From Acidimicrobiia bacterium (lineage in GTDB: Bacteria > Actinomycetota > Acidimicrobiia > Spongiisociales > Spongiisociaceae): a stretch of DNA of 64,000 bases. Below, piece by piece: positions 18,814-28,989 of this stretch (its first letter is position 1; the number at the start of each line of letters is the position of its first letter). The notes under the pieces were generated by a model. The model saw nothing but the letters and a program-made list of their open reading frames with translations. It was not told the origin of the DNA and searched no databases. The position numbers and the translations under genes were made by a program. The DNA is taken from contig JBFGLM010000011.1 of assembly GCA_041576165.1 (NCBI GenBank), positions 37,657 through 101,656 of the forward strand, given 5' to 3'.

Positions 18814-21329
18814 TCTCCCTCACGTGGCAGCGAATCAGTTCCAGTCCGTCGCGGCTCATACTCAGCGTGCTCGCGGTCATCATCGGAACGTCGTTCTTGA
18901 CGGCAGCGTTGGTGGTGACGGCGTCAACCCGCGCGGCGCTCGAGGATGCGTTCGATCAGGTATACGCCGGGACCGACGTGATCGTGCAGGGTCCGGAAGG
19001 CGTGGGCGAGCCAACTCGTAGCCTCGGGCCGATCCTGCCGGTGGAGGTGCTCGACGATGTTCGGGCCGTGGCCGGTGTCGCGGTGGCGGAGGGACGCCGC
19101 CGCGACCTTGCCCAGGTCAGCGCCGCCGGCACCGCCGCCGACACGGGCGCCAGGGCCGTGGCGATGGATGTGCCGGCCGACCCTGGTGCTGCCGCCATCG
19201 AACAGCGTGCGGGACGGCTGCCGGCCGCCCCGCACGAGGTGGCCCTGGACGCGGCAACCGCCGACAGCCTGGGACTGACGCTCGACGATGCGCTCGTGAT
19301 CCTGATCCCCGCCGGTCGGTATGAGGCCCGCCTTGTGGGAACGGTCGGTTTCGGATCGCTCGACGGGCTCTCCGAAGGAGGCCGGGTGCTGCTCGATGCA
19401 GGCTCCGCCGCAGACCTGCTGGGATCTTCTGGATTCGCCGAGATCGCGATCACCGCGGAGCCCGGAACATCGCGCGGGGACCTGCGCACGTCGATAGCTG
19501 CCGTGCTTCCGGACACACAGGTGCTCACGTCCGAGGAAGCCGCCGCCCGAGACGCGGCCGCTGTTGCGACTGAGACGGCAATCGTCAGCCGTATTCTGCT
19601 GGCGGTGGCCGGGCTTGCCCTGTTCGTTGGCGGCTTCCTGGTAGCCAACACCTTCCGCATCATCGCCCGCCAGCGCACCCGCGAGTTGGCACTGCTGCGG
19701 TCGGTCGGGGCCAGCCGGCGTCAGGTCACCGCCACAATTCTGCTGGAAGCCGCCGTCATGGGTGCGCTCGGCGGCCTGATCGGCGTGGCTTTTGGCGCAG
19801 GTATCGGTGCGCTGCTCGTCGCCGGGACCGGGATTTTGGTTCCCGGGTTGCCTCCGACGGGGCCCCGGTTCACGGTGGGTGCACTTGCCATCGGTCCTGC
19901 GGTCAGCGTCGTGCTCACCCTCTTCGCCGCCCGCGGGGCGGCCCGGCACGCTTCTTCGGTTCCGCCGGTTGCCGCGCTCCGGGCTTCGGCGGTGGCGGCT
20001 GATCGCCTCCGGCGGCTGCCGGCGGTAGTCGGTCTCCTGCTGATTGTGCTGGGAGCGGCCGTCGTCGTCATGGGCGGCGGATACGGATTGTTGATCACCG
20101 CCGGTGGCGCGGTCGTGGCGCTACTGGGGATTGGCTTGGTGTTTCCCGTGGTCAGCGGCGCCGTGCTGTCCGTGATGAGCCGACCCCTGGAGCGGCTCGG
20201 CGTCACCGCCGCCATCGCCCGGGGTCAAGCGCTGACCGAGCCTCGGCGAACCGGTTCGACGGCGGCTGCGCTGGCCGTGTCGCTCGCACTGTTCGCGTTC
20301 CTGGCGACGTTCGCGGCGTCGTTGGGAGCGGCGTCGCCCGCCCAGGTCGCAGACCGTCAACCCGCCGAGATCACGATTCGCTCGGAGATGCCGTGGGGCC
20401 TGGACGGGTACCTCAGTGACCTGGCCGCTCGCGCCGAAACGGTCGATGAGGTCGCGATCGCCCGTGACGTCGCCTACGGTGACCTACGAGTCGAGACCGG
20501 AACCGGCGCTCCCGTCACAGCGGCTTTCTACGCCGCCGACCCGGCCGGTTTGGGTGAGCTCCTCGACGTGGTCGACCGCGCCGGGGCGGTCGAAGGCCTC
20601 GCTGCGACCCAAATCGGGGTACGCGACACCTTCGCCGGCGCCTACGGATGGCAAGTCGGCGACACGATCGAAATCACGTTGCCCGATAGTGCCGTGATGC
20701 GGTTGACGATCGGCGCCGTGTTCAGCGGCGCTATCCAAACGAATTGGATCTTGCCGGCGGATGCCACGGCTGGTCACCTGGGTAATGCGGGGCGGCAGGT
20801 GTTTGTGCGGCTTGTCGACGGTGCGGACCTGGCTGCAGCCGACGCAGCCCTAGAGGAGCTCGGAGCGGAATATCCGCCGGTCGAAGTACTCACCCACGAG
20901 GAGCTGGCGACCCAGCAGGTCGAAGCCGAGGAGGCCAGTCTCGGCATCCTCACTGCGCTGCTCTCGCTCTCGGTGCTCATCGGTGTGCTCGGGATCGTGA
21001 ACACGCTCGCACTAGGGGTGGTCGAACGCCAGCGCGAGCTGGCTCTGCTGCGCGCAGTGGGCGCCACCCGCTCCCAAGTGCGGGCCATCGTTCGCTGGGA
21101 GGCAGTGCTGGTGGCGCTGCTCGGTGGCTCACTCGGCCTTGTCGTAGGGGTCGGGACGGCCTGGCTGGCGACCTATGCATTCACCGAGTTCCCCCTCCCA
21201 TTCATATTGCCGGTGCCCCGCCTGGCCCTGGCCCTCGTCGTAACGATCTTCCTGGGCGTCCTGGCCGCCGTCTTACCGGCCGCCCGCGCCGCGCGGGTCG
21301 ACGTCCTGCGCTCCATCGCTCACGTGTAA
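18810..21329 (+). CDS. FtsX-like ABC permease (duplicated architecture)
   Basis: Two QR/ERxRELALLRxVGA motifs; ATGA overlap with the ATPase. Confidence 0.92.
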   Translation: MISLTWQRISSSPSRLILSVLAVIIGTSFLTAALVVTASTRAALEDAFDQVYAGTDVIVQGPEGVGEPTRSLGPILPVEVLDDVRAVAGVAVAEGRRRDLAQVSAAGTAADTGARAVAMDVPADPGAAAIEQRAGRLPAAPHEVALDAATADSLGLTLDDALVILIPAGRYEARLVGTVGFGSLDGLSEGGRVLLDAGSAADLLGSSGFAEIAITAEPGTSRGDLRTSIAAVLPDTQVLTSEEAAARDAAAVATETAIVSRILLAVAGLALFVGGFLVANTFRIIARQRTRELALLRSVGASRRQVTATILLEAAVMGALGGLIGVAFGAGIGALLVAGTGILVPGLPPTGPRFTVGALAIGPAVSVVLTLFAARGAARHASSVPPVAALRASAVAADRLRRLPAVVGLLLIVLGAAVVVMGGGYGLLITAGGAVVALLGIGLVFPVVSGAVLSVMSRPLERLGVTAAIARGQALTEPRRTGSTAAALAVSLALFAFLATFAASLGAASPAQVADRQPAEITIRSEMPWGLDGYLSDLAARAETVDEVAIARDVAYGDLRVETGTGAPVTAAFYAADPAGLGELLDVVDRAGAVEGLAATQIGVRDTFAGAYGWQVGDTIEITLPDSAVMRLTIGAVFSGAIQTNWILPADATAGHLGNAGRQVFVRLVDGADLAAADAALEELGAEYPPVEVLTHEELATQQVEAEEASLGILTALLSLSVLIGVLGIVNTLALGVVERQRELALLRAVGATRSQVRAIVRWEAVLVALLGGSLGLVVGVGTAWLATYAFTEFPLPFILPVPRLALALVVTIFLGVLAAVLPAARAARVDVLRSIAHV

Positions 21330-21380
21330 GGGTCACCGGTCCACCACCTGCCGCCATCACTCCCGGTGGACCGGTGACCC
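21330..21380 (+). terminator. Long inverted repeat right after the permease stop
   Basis: Perfect 16-bp inverted repeat GGGTCACCGGTCCACC/GGTGGACCGGTGACCC. Confidence 0.65.
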
Positions 21381-21516
21381 GGCCCCAACCCGGTGAGGGC
21401 CCTCCTCCGCGACGGCAGGACGGCGGAGCCCCCGTTGACTCGCCGGCCGGCATCCGGCATCGGCTAATCATGGGAAGGGTTTCGGTCGGGCCCATTTCGG
21501 GTATCGGAGCACCAGC

Positions 21517-21924
21517 ATGTCGGAGACGTACCAAGAACTGATCGACGCCGCCCGCCAGGCGCGTGCCAACGCCTACGCGCCGTACTCCGGCTTTCGAACC
21601 GGCGCCGCCGTCCGTACGGAGGACGGGTCGATCCACATCGGAGCGCTCGTTGAGAATCTGGTGTTCGGAACAGCCATGTGCGCCGAGCGAGTCGCGCTGT
21701 TCAGCGCAGTGGCGGCTGGGACCGGCCGACCGGTTGCGCTCGCGCTCGTGGCCCCCGCCACGGCCGGCACCAGGACATTTCCGTGTGGACCCTGCCTTCA
21801 GGTCGCCATTGAGCTCGGTGGCGCGGATCTGCCGATCGTGGCGGGTTCAGCCGACAGCGTCGACTTCGAGGTCCGATCGGTCGATGAGCTGGCACCGGGC
21901 ATCCCCCGCCGCAAGGACGGTTGA
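21517..21924 (+). CDS. cdd: Cytidine deaminase
   Basis: NAYAPYSGF, CAERVAL and PCGPCLQ zinc motifs. Confidence 0.88.
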   Translation: MSETYQELIDAARQARANAYAPYSGFRTGAAVRTEDGSIHIGALVENLVFGTAMCAERVALFSAVAAGTGRPVALALVAPATAGTRTFPCGPCLQVAIELGGADLPIVAGSADSVDFEVRSVDELAPGIPRRKDG

Positions 21925-22023
21925 TCGGCGCTCGAACGTGCCGAGCCGCATGCTCGGGCCGAGAGCCGGGCGGGCCGGACGCGACGAACCGGCGGTCCGC
22001 GACCACCGGTTCGTGTCTGGAGC

Positions 22024-22452
22024 TCAGATTGCGGCTGCTATAGCCAGCCCGAGGCACGTCACCGCTACCGCGGTGCGGACAAGATGCCCTCGATACCAGC
22101 GAACGCGCATTCGCTCCACGTCGACAACTCGGCCCGCCACCAGCCGGCGCTGGAGCGGCACCATCGTGGTGCCGCTGGCGAGAAGGATCAGTAGGAAGCC
22201 CCCGGCCGCAGTGAACGCCAGTGTGCGCGCCGCCCCCTCGGAGGCCAGTCCGAAACCGACCGTCGACACGACAGCGGCAGTCACCAGCAACGGTTGGAGG
22301 ATGTCCGCCCGGCGAAGCCAGCGCGCGAAATCGGCCTGGAATTCAGGCCAGCTCATGGATCGCCAGACCGGGATGCGGATCAGCGCGAAGTATCCGACGT
22401 TGACGCTGAACAACCCGCCGGACGCCAGCATGGCTGCCGCCCAGCCGTTCAC
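22024..22452 (-). CDS. DUF1772/anthrone oxygenase-like membrane protein
   Basis: Four TM helices, RW..GHLVRT C-terminus; GTGA overlap with the upstream gene. Confidence 0.7.
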   Translation of the reverse strand: MNGWAAAMLASGGLFSVNVGYFALIRIPVWRSMSWPEFQADFARWLRRADILQPLLVTAAVVSTVGFGLASEGAARTLAFTAAGGFLLILLASGTTMVPLQRRLVAGRVVDVERMRVRWYRGHLVRTAVAVTCLGLAIAAAI

Positions 22453-22787
22453 CCGTGCCTCCCGGCCCCAGCCGGCGCATCCGCTTTCGGGGATTCGTCC
22501 GTTGTCACGACCTGGTAGAGCCCGGCGTGGAAGCGATAGGGAGAGGCCGCATCGCGGAACTTGGGCCGGCTGGTGGCGGCTCGAAAATCCTCGGGGGATT
22601 CCCACAGCGCCACGTTCACGAAACGAAACTCGGCATCGGGCGTGATACTGCGGTGCAGCGTGGCGGACACATAGCCGGGCTGGGTGCGCAGGACATCCCG
22701 AGCGCGCTCCCAGCCGCGTATGAAGGCCCGGTCTTCGCCGACCGGAACCTCGAACGAGTTGATGAGAAGAACCGGTTCGGTCCTCAT
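22449..22787 (-). CDS. Antibiotic biosynthesis monooxygenase family protein
   Basis: LINSFEVP..QPGYVSATLHRS..FVNVALWES; ATGA overlap with the MarR gene. Confidence 0.88.
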   Translation of the reverse strand: MRTEPVLLINSFEVPVGEDRAFIRGWERARDVLRTQPGYVSATLHRSITPDAEFRFVNVALWESPEDFRAATSRPKFRDAASPYRFHAGLYQVVTTDESPKADAPAGAGRHG

Positions 22788-23272
22788 CTCGATGAACTCC
22801 TTTCCGGAACTCGAGGTTCGACGTTGCCGTCGAGCCTGGTACAGAGCTCGTCGAGCACCCGAGCTGCCGTTTGCAGGTCCGAGAGCGTGAATCCGTCGGC
22901 CAGCTGGTTCACCCAGGCCGCCTGCTTCTGGTCCATGGCGTGGTACTTGCCCTGGCCCAGCTCGGTCAGCCGGACGAGCCGGGATCGGCGGTGTTCGGTG
23001 TTGGCAGCGAGCGCCAGCCAACCGTCGGCGACCAGACGTCCGACGGTGGCGTGGACGCTCTGTCGGGTGAGACCCATCCGGCGTGCGATTTGGGGAACGG
23101 TGAGGGGTCTCCCCGCGAGCGCTATTGCCCCGAGTACCTGCCACCGGGCCGAAGTCAGGCCTTCGGTGCCGGCGAGCTCATCACCCGCAGCGAGCAGAAG
23201 TCCGTTCGCTCGAAACACAGAAAGAATCAACTCGGTGGCTTGCTCACCAGCGGGTGTGCGGAGACTCGACAT
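22784..23272 (-). CDS. MarR family transcriptional regulator
   Basis: LTSARWQVLGAI..TVPQIARRMGLTRQSV..HRRSRLVRLT. Confidence 0.92.
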   Translation of the reverse strand: MSSLRTPAGEQATELILSVFRANGLLLAAGDELAGTEGLTSARWQVLGAIALAGRPLTVPQIARRMGLTRQSVHATVGRLVADGWLALAANTEHRRSRLVRLTELGQGKYHAMDQKQAAWVNQLADGFTLSDLQTAARVLDELCTRLDGNVEPRVPERSSSR

Positions 23273-23284
23273 TATGTGAGGATC

Positions 23285-23299
23285 CTGACATATTGTCAG
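23285..23299. promoter_or_regulatory. Palindromic operator, probably bound by the MarR protein
   Basis: CTGACA-TAT-TGTCAG 12 bp upstream of the marR start. Confidence 0.7.
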
Positions 23300-23356
23300 A
23301 CCCCTGTCAAGATTGGATTGCGCGCTTGCCCCGTGGCCAACACCTGCTTCGCTGGA

Positions 23357-24055
23357 CTACCGGATTGCGTCTGATATGAGGTGGCGCAGCGCCACCCGTT
23401 GGGTGCCGTCCGGCCCGAAGTTGGCCGGATCGAGCCACCGCAGATAGGCGATGCGCAATATCGTCCACTCATGATCGAGGATCGAGTACCAGGCGTTGTC
23501 GCGGTTGCGCCCCTTGTAGACCAAGGCTTGCCGAAATGTGCCCTCGTAGGTGAAACCCAGGCGCTCGGCGGCCGAACGGGATTTGGCGTTGAGTGCATCG
23601 CATTTCCACTCGTAGCGCCGGTAGCCGGTCGTGAAGGCCCGGTCGGCCATCAGGTACATCGCCTCGGTGGCAGCCCTCGTACGGGCTAGGGAAGGCGCGT
23701 ACGCGATCGCTCCCACCTCGACGACACCTCCGGCGGGATCGATGCGGAGATAGCAGGCCATTCCGCGCGGGATCCCATCCGGTGTCACAACGGCAAACCC
23801 GAGCCAGTCGGGCTGATCGGCGATCCACTCGATCAGGTCCTTCAACTCGTCCTCCGCCATGAACGCGCCCCAACCCAAGTAGGTCCACATGCTCCCGTCG
23901 TCCTCGGAAAACGCATCGAACAGCGCCGGCCCGTGACCTTTCGTCAGCGGCTCCAACCGGCACCACCTCCCGCCGACCGCCTCCCACGGCGGCGGCGCCG
24001 CGCCCTCCCAGCCCGGCACCGGCCGTCCGACCGGTAACCCGAAGTCATTCGTCAC
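23357..24055 (-). CDS. GNAT acetyltransferase (RimJ/RimL type)
   Basis: YRRYEWKCDALN..S..AAERLGFTYEGTFRQ..KGRNRD. Confidence 0.92.
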   Translation of the reverse strand: MTNDFGLPVGRPVPGWEGAAPPPWEAVGGRWCRLEPLTKGHGPALFDAFSEDDGSMWTYLGWGAFMAEDELKDLIEWIADQPDWLGFAVVTPDGIPRGMACYLRIDPAGGVVEVGAIAYAPSLARTRAATEAMYLMADRAFTTGYRRYEWKCDALNAKSRSAAERLGFTYEGTFRQALVYKGRNRDNAWYSILDHEWTILRIAYLRWLDPANFGPDGTQRVALRHLISDAIR

Positions 24056-24140
24056 GGCCTCCGAGCGTAACCACGCCCGGCCCACTCGTCTGGCACCGTC
24101 ACCGACGTATGATCACGCCAACGACACCGGAGGACCGACC

Positions 24141-25163
24141 TTGCCAGCCGACCCTGTTGCCGAACTCGTCGAGTTGGGCTTCCCATGGCGCGGGCTCGAC
24201 CCGTTCATCTTCACAGTGCATCACCGCGACGACTACCCGGCCGGCAACGACGCGCTGGGCCCAGCTGCACCGCTCGACGGCCGGCAACTCGGGGCCGACT
24301 TTTCGTACATGGAAGGCTGGAGCATGTACCACGGCATCACCGTGCCGGGGTTCCCTCAGCATCCGCACCGCGGATTCGAGACCGTGACGGTCGTCCGGCG
24401 CGGTTACGTCGACCACTCGGACTCGCTCGGCGCCACGGCCCGTTACGGCCAGGGAGACGTCCAGTGGCTCACAACAGGCTCCGGCATCATGCACGCCGAG
24501 ATGTTCCCGCTCTTAGACCCGGCCCGGCCCAACCCACTCGAGCTGTTCCAGATCTGGCTGAACCTGCCGCCAGCTTCGAAAATGGTGCCGGCGCATTTTG
24601 CGATGCTATGGAGCGAGGAGATCCCCACGATCCAACCAGCTCCGGGCATCTCCGTCGACGTGATCGCCGGCATGATCGACCAGCGGAGCGCTCCCCCTCC
24701 CCCGCCCGATTCCTGGGCGTCCGGCGCCGGAACCCACCTCGGAATCTGGCTCATCCGGCTCGACCCCGGGGCGCGCTGGTCGCTGCCCACCGCTCCCGAA
24801 CGGGTCAACCGGATGCTGCACTGCTTCCAGGGCGACGACGTTGCAGTCGAACGGACACGGTTCGGGGCGGGAGTGGGAGCGCGGCTGCGCGCCGACCTCA
24901 CTGCGACCCTCGCCAATCACGGAGCACCGGCCGAATTCCTGCTGCTCCAGGGCGTGCCGATCGACGAGCCCGTATTCCAGCTGGGACCGTTTGTCATGAA
25001 CACGCCCGAACAGCTGCAACAGGCGCTGGAGGACTACCGCCGAACCCAATTCGGCGGATGGCCGTGGGCGCGGCCCGATCCGGTCCATGCCCGCACGGAT
25101 GGCCGCTTCGCCCTCCATGCCGACGGCAGGGTGGAACATCGCGACTTTCAGCCGGCCTCATAG
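24141..25163 (+). CDS. Pirin family protein
   Basis: GFPQHPHRGFETVT, GIMHAEMFP, FQIWLNLP, GPFVMNT. Confidence 0.95.
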   Translation: MPADPVAELVELGFPWRGLDPFIFTVHHRDDYPAGNDALGPAAPLDGRQLGADFSYMEGWSMYHGITVPGFPQHPHRGFETVTVVRRGYVDHSDSLGATARYGQGDVQWLTTGSGIMHAEMFPLLDPARPNPLELFQIWLNLPPASKMVPAHFAMLWSEEIPTIQPAPGISVDVIAGMIDQRSAPPPPPDSWASGAGTHLGIWLIRLDPGARWSLPTAPERVNRMLHCFQGDDVAVERTRFGAGVGARLRADLTATLANHGAPAEFLLLQGVPIDEPVFQLGPFVMNTPEQLQQALEDYRRTQFGGWPWARPDPVHARTDGRFALHADGRVEHRDFQPAS

Positions 25164-25531
25164 GTCCTCGCCCCCCCACCGATTCCGGCGCCAGCACCAG
25201 TACGCGTCGTGACCTTCATGGCTCTCGGCGGAGCCGGCATCGCGTGATGAAATGCCGCCGGCCGGTCTTCCGCTTGCGCCCAGCATCTATGCGCCCGCGC
25301 TCGGCAGCACCCCCCCAACTTCACCGGCCGGGGCGCCGCCAAACCACCAGCAGCTGCCCTCCGTCTGCATGAGGTTCGACTAGGAATTCCGGTTTGACCG
25401 AGGTGATGCGATGACGTTGCCGGCGCGGTGGCGACGCTCCTGCCGGCCGGTATACCCGGTTCCACCGGCACGCACCGGGTGGCGGATGCCATCATTGCCG
25501 CCTGGAGTTCACCATAGGATCTGGTTATTCA

Positions 25532-27142
25532 ATGCGTGAAACTGTCACCTGCGGCGAGGCGACGATGCGGCTTCTGTCGGCATACGGCGTGGACACGGTG
25601 TTCGGTATCCCGGGTGTACATACGCTCGACTTTTCCCGGGGGCTCGCCCACGGGCCAATACGCCACATCCAGGCCCGCAACGAACAGGGCGCCGGCTTCA
25701 TGGCCGATGGCTATGCCCGGGCCAGCGGCAGGGTGGGGGTAGCGCTCGTGATCTCCGGGCCGGGCGTGACCAACGCCCTCACCGCTATCGGGCAGTCCTG
25801 GGCAGACTCGATACCAGTTCTGTTGCTTTCGTCCGAGACGGCGAGCAGCACACACGGCAAAGGCTGGGGGATGCTGCACGAGATTCCCGACCAGCAGGCG
25901 GTGACTCGGCCGTTGACGGCGCTGAGCGCCCGGGCCCGCCACCCGTCTGAGGTGCCCGGCTTGATCGCGCAGGCCTTCACCGTCTTTGCTGTCGAACGCC
26001 CCCGGCCCGTCCACATTTCGATCCCGATCGACGTTTTGCCCCAGCCTGTGGCCGAGGAGTGGAAGGCCGTGCCGCTCCCGCCGCGCCCCCACCCTCAACC
26101 GGCGGCGATCGAGGCCGCAGCTGATCTGTTGCACCGGGCCAGCCGGCCCGTGATCATGGTTGGGGGTGGAGCTATCGGAGCCGCGGCGCCGCTCATTGAA
26201 CTGGCGGAACGGCTGGGAGCGGTGGTCGTCTCCAGCACTGCCGGCAAAGGGATCGTGCCAGATGCGCATCCCCTGTCCCTCTCAGCCACGACCGGCCGGC
26301 CGGAGATCCACGGTTTCCTGTCTACGGCTGATGTTGTGCTCGCAGTCGGCACCGAGCTGGCCGAAACTGACAGCTTTGTGGAACGGCTAGACCTGCCGTC
26401 GGACCTCATCCGGATCGACATCGACCCTCGCAAGATGAATGACCTCTACCCGGCCGCGGTACCCATCGTGGCCGACGCATTGCCGGCGGTCCAGGACCTG
26501 CTAGCGGCTTTCGACGGTCATGGCTCACACGGAACCGACAGGGCGGGCGAAGTAGCGCGCATCCGCGCCACCATCCGAGAAAACCTGACGGAGTCTGAGC
26601 GGCGGCACTGGCAGCTGCTCGAGTCGCTTCGTATCGCCCTAGCCGACGACACGATCTTCATGGGAGACATCTGCCAGCTCGTCTACACCGGGGCGTTCGC
26701 GATGCCGGTGGACCGGCCGCGCTTGTGGAGCTATCCGGCCGGGTTCTGCACCTTGGGATGCGGGCTGCCGAACGCCATCGGCGCCAAGGTAGCCCTACCC
26801 GAACGTGACGTCGTGTGCTTGACCGGCGACGGGGGCGTCATGTTCACCGTGCAAGAGCTGATCGTGGCAGCGGAGCTGGGGCTGCCGATCCCGGTTGTGA
26901 TCTGGGACAACGGCGGACTGAAGCAGATTCGAGATGACATGAAGGCGCGCAACATCGACCTGGTTGGGGTCGACGGCCGGAACCCTGACTTTCTGGCGCT
27001 GGCGAGCGCCATGGGTTGTCACGGCGTGGCCGCTCGTGGGCTCGATCACGCGGCCGAGAGTGTCCTCACTGCGCTGCGCGCCGATGCGCCAACTGTCATC
27101 ACCGTCAAAGAGGTTGAGCCGTGGCTGGCTCCCACGAATTGA
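25532..27142 (+). CDS. TPP-dependent decarboxylase, 5-guanidino-2-oxopentanoate decarboxylase (AruI)-like
   Basis: FGIPGVHTL, RNEQGAGFMADGYAR, LHEIPDQ, TPP motif GDGG...WDNGG. Confidence 0.8.
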   Translation: MRETVTCGEATMRLLSAYGVDTVFGIPGVHTLDFSRGLAHGPIRHIQARNEQGAGFMADGYARASGRVGVALVISGPGVTNALTAIGQSWADSIPVLLLSSETASSTHGKGWGMLHEIPDQQAVTRPLTALSARARHPSEVPGLIAQAFTVFAVERPRPVHISIPIDVLPQPVAEEWKAVPLPPRPHPQPAAIEAAADLLHRASRPVIMVGGGAIGAAAPLIELAERLGAVVVSSTAGKGIVPDAHPLSLSATTGRPEIHGFLSTADVVLAVGTELAETDSFVERLDLPSDLIRIDIDPRKMNDLYPAAVPIVADALPAVQDLLAAFDGHGSHGTDRAGEVARIRATIRENLTESERRHWQLLESLRIALADDTIFMGDICQLVYTGAFAMPVDRPRLWSYPAGFCTLGCGLPNAIGAKVALPERDVVCLTGDGGVMFTVQELIVAAELGLPIPVVIWDNGGLKQIRDDMKARNIDLVGVDGRNPDFLALASAMGCHGVAARGLDHAAESVLTALRADAPTVITVKEVEPWLAPTN

Positions 27143-27414
27143 AGCGGTCTGGCTCACCTGCGGCGATGCGCGTCGTCTGAGCGGGTTGAGCCCGGGGGTG
27201 CACACCAACAACTGCCTCAAACTCGGCCACGCAATCGCCCTCCGGCGGCCTGCGCGGGCGGCCACGGACGCAATGATTGCATGCGAGGGGATGACTGCCC
27301 TCCTCCCCGGCTCCTCCACCGACACGAGCCCATTCGGCAGGAGCGCGAGGGTTCGCTCGGTGATCAGGATTTCCCCGGCTGCAGCAGCGGACATCGACGC
27401 GCTGACGGCCTTGG

Positions 27415-27957
27415 GTGCTCACGATCTTCCCCCTCGCGATCATCGCCGCCGCTGTCCACATGGTCTTGGCGATACCCCGCCGGGCCGGGGAGTTTGACGA
27501 GCGGGATCGGCTGGTCGACCTGCGCAGCGAGTGGCTGGGGGGTACCGTCCTCACAGCTGGCGTACTCGGGGCCCTGGCCGCGGCGATGTCGGAGCTCGCC
27601 TCGTTTTGGGTGGCGCATATCCTGCTCAGCGCACTCGTCCTGGCGGAGCTGGCAAAGGACGCCGCACGCTCTATGGCGCGGGACTTGACAGTGGCCAAGC
27701 CCACCCGCGTGACCAATGACATCCGGCGGCTCCGGTTTGCCGCGGATGAGATGAACCAGGCCGAGCTGGCCCGCCGCGTCGGGGTCACCGGCCAGACCGT
27801 GATCGCGATCGAGCAGGGTCGCTATTCCCCATCCGTGGAGGTGGCATTCAAGATGGCCCGCGAACTGGGCGTATCTCTGGAAACGGCCTTCCATGACCCG
27901 GAGGACTGGCCGGTACCTTCAGTCAGTGGCGCTCCAGAAGCTGGCGCCGTTCGGTCA
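27415..27957 (+). pseudogene. Membrane-protein fragment in frame with an XRE HTH regulator (HTH from GTG 27691); reads through into fba
   Basis: DERDRLVDLRS membrane segment, then TNDIRRLRF..QAELARRVGVTGQTVIAIEQGRYSPS; ORF runs to 28116, overlapping fba. Confidence 0.55.
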
Positions 27958-28842
27958 GGCCATAGATGCCACGTAAATGCTGGCGATCGACTTGTCGAGC
28001 ATCATGTCGAACTCGGCGTCGCTTTGTTGCGCGGTCAGTCCTTCTGTGAGTGCCCGGCTGAAACTGGCCACCATCCCCGGATTGCGTGCCAAACGCTCGT
28101 TCGCCTCATCACGTGAGTACCCGCCCGATAATGCCACCACTCGCAGCACCCGGGGATGGTCGATCAGCTGGCGGTAGAAGTCGTCCACGGTGGGGATCGT
28201 CAGCTTCAGCATGATCTGGCGGCCGGCCGGGACTTCCTCCAGGTCGTCCAATATGGCGGCCCTCAGCAAGTCCTCGGCCTTTTCCTTCTCGGGGCTGTGT
28301 ATGTCGACTTCCGGTTCGATGATCGGTACCAAACCGGCGTCCAGGATCTGGCTGCTGATGGCAAACTGCTGGCTCACCACGGCCTCGATTCCTTCGGAGT
28401 TTGCTCGGTGGATCACCGAACGCATCTTCGTTCCGAAGACGCCTTTGGATAGACCGCGCGCCAGAAGGGCATCCAGCCCCGGAATCGGTTTCATCAGCTG
28501 GACGTCGTCGGTTTCGTCGGCCAAACCCTTGTCCACCTTCAGAAAGGGCACCACCCGCTTTTCCTCCCAGAGGTATTCGGCGGACCCGCGGCCTTCGATC
28601 TCCCGCTCCATCGTGTCTTCGAACAGAATGGCCCCGAGGATCCGGTCGCCGTCGAAGCTGGGGCTGGTGATGATCCGGGTGCGCATCTCGTGGATACGGT
28701 CGAACATCTCGGTCTCGTCAGAATAGGCATTCTCGTCGATGCCATAGGCTTTGAGCGCCTTGGGCGTGCTTCCCCCGCTCTGGTCGAGAGCCGCAATGAA
28801 GCCGGCACCTTCCCGGATCTTGCTGAGCTGGTCCTGATTCAT
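27955..28842 (-). CDS. fda: Fructose-bisphosphate aldolase class I
   Basis: [52 protein letters not shown]. Confidence 0.95.
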   Translation of the reverse strand: MNQDQLSKIREGAGFIAALDQSGGSTPKALKAYGIDENAYSDETEMFDRIHEMRTRIITSPSFDGDRILGAILFEDTMEREIEGRGSAEYLWEEKRVVPFLKVDKGLADETDDVQLMKPIPGLDALLARGLSKGVFGTKMRSVIHRANSEGIEAVVSQQFAISSQILDAGLVPIIEPEVDIHSPEKEKAEDLLRAAILDDLEEVPAGRQIMLKLTIPTVDDFYRQLIDHPRVLRVVALSGGYSRDEANERLARNPGMVASFSRALTEGLTAQQSDAEFDMMLDKSIASIYVASMA

Positions 28843-28989
28843 GCTGATCCATTCTTCGGCTGGTGGTATGCGGCCAGCTTACGCGGTCGCGTCGCGGCTG
28901 AAACCCGCCCCGGGCCGGTCGTGAACCCGCTTTGGGGACGTATGCGGATCACGACGATTCTCGCCCACGTCGGCACGCCCGGGGACCGG

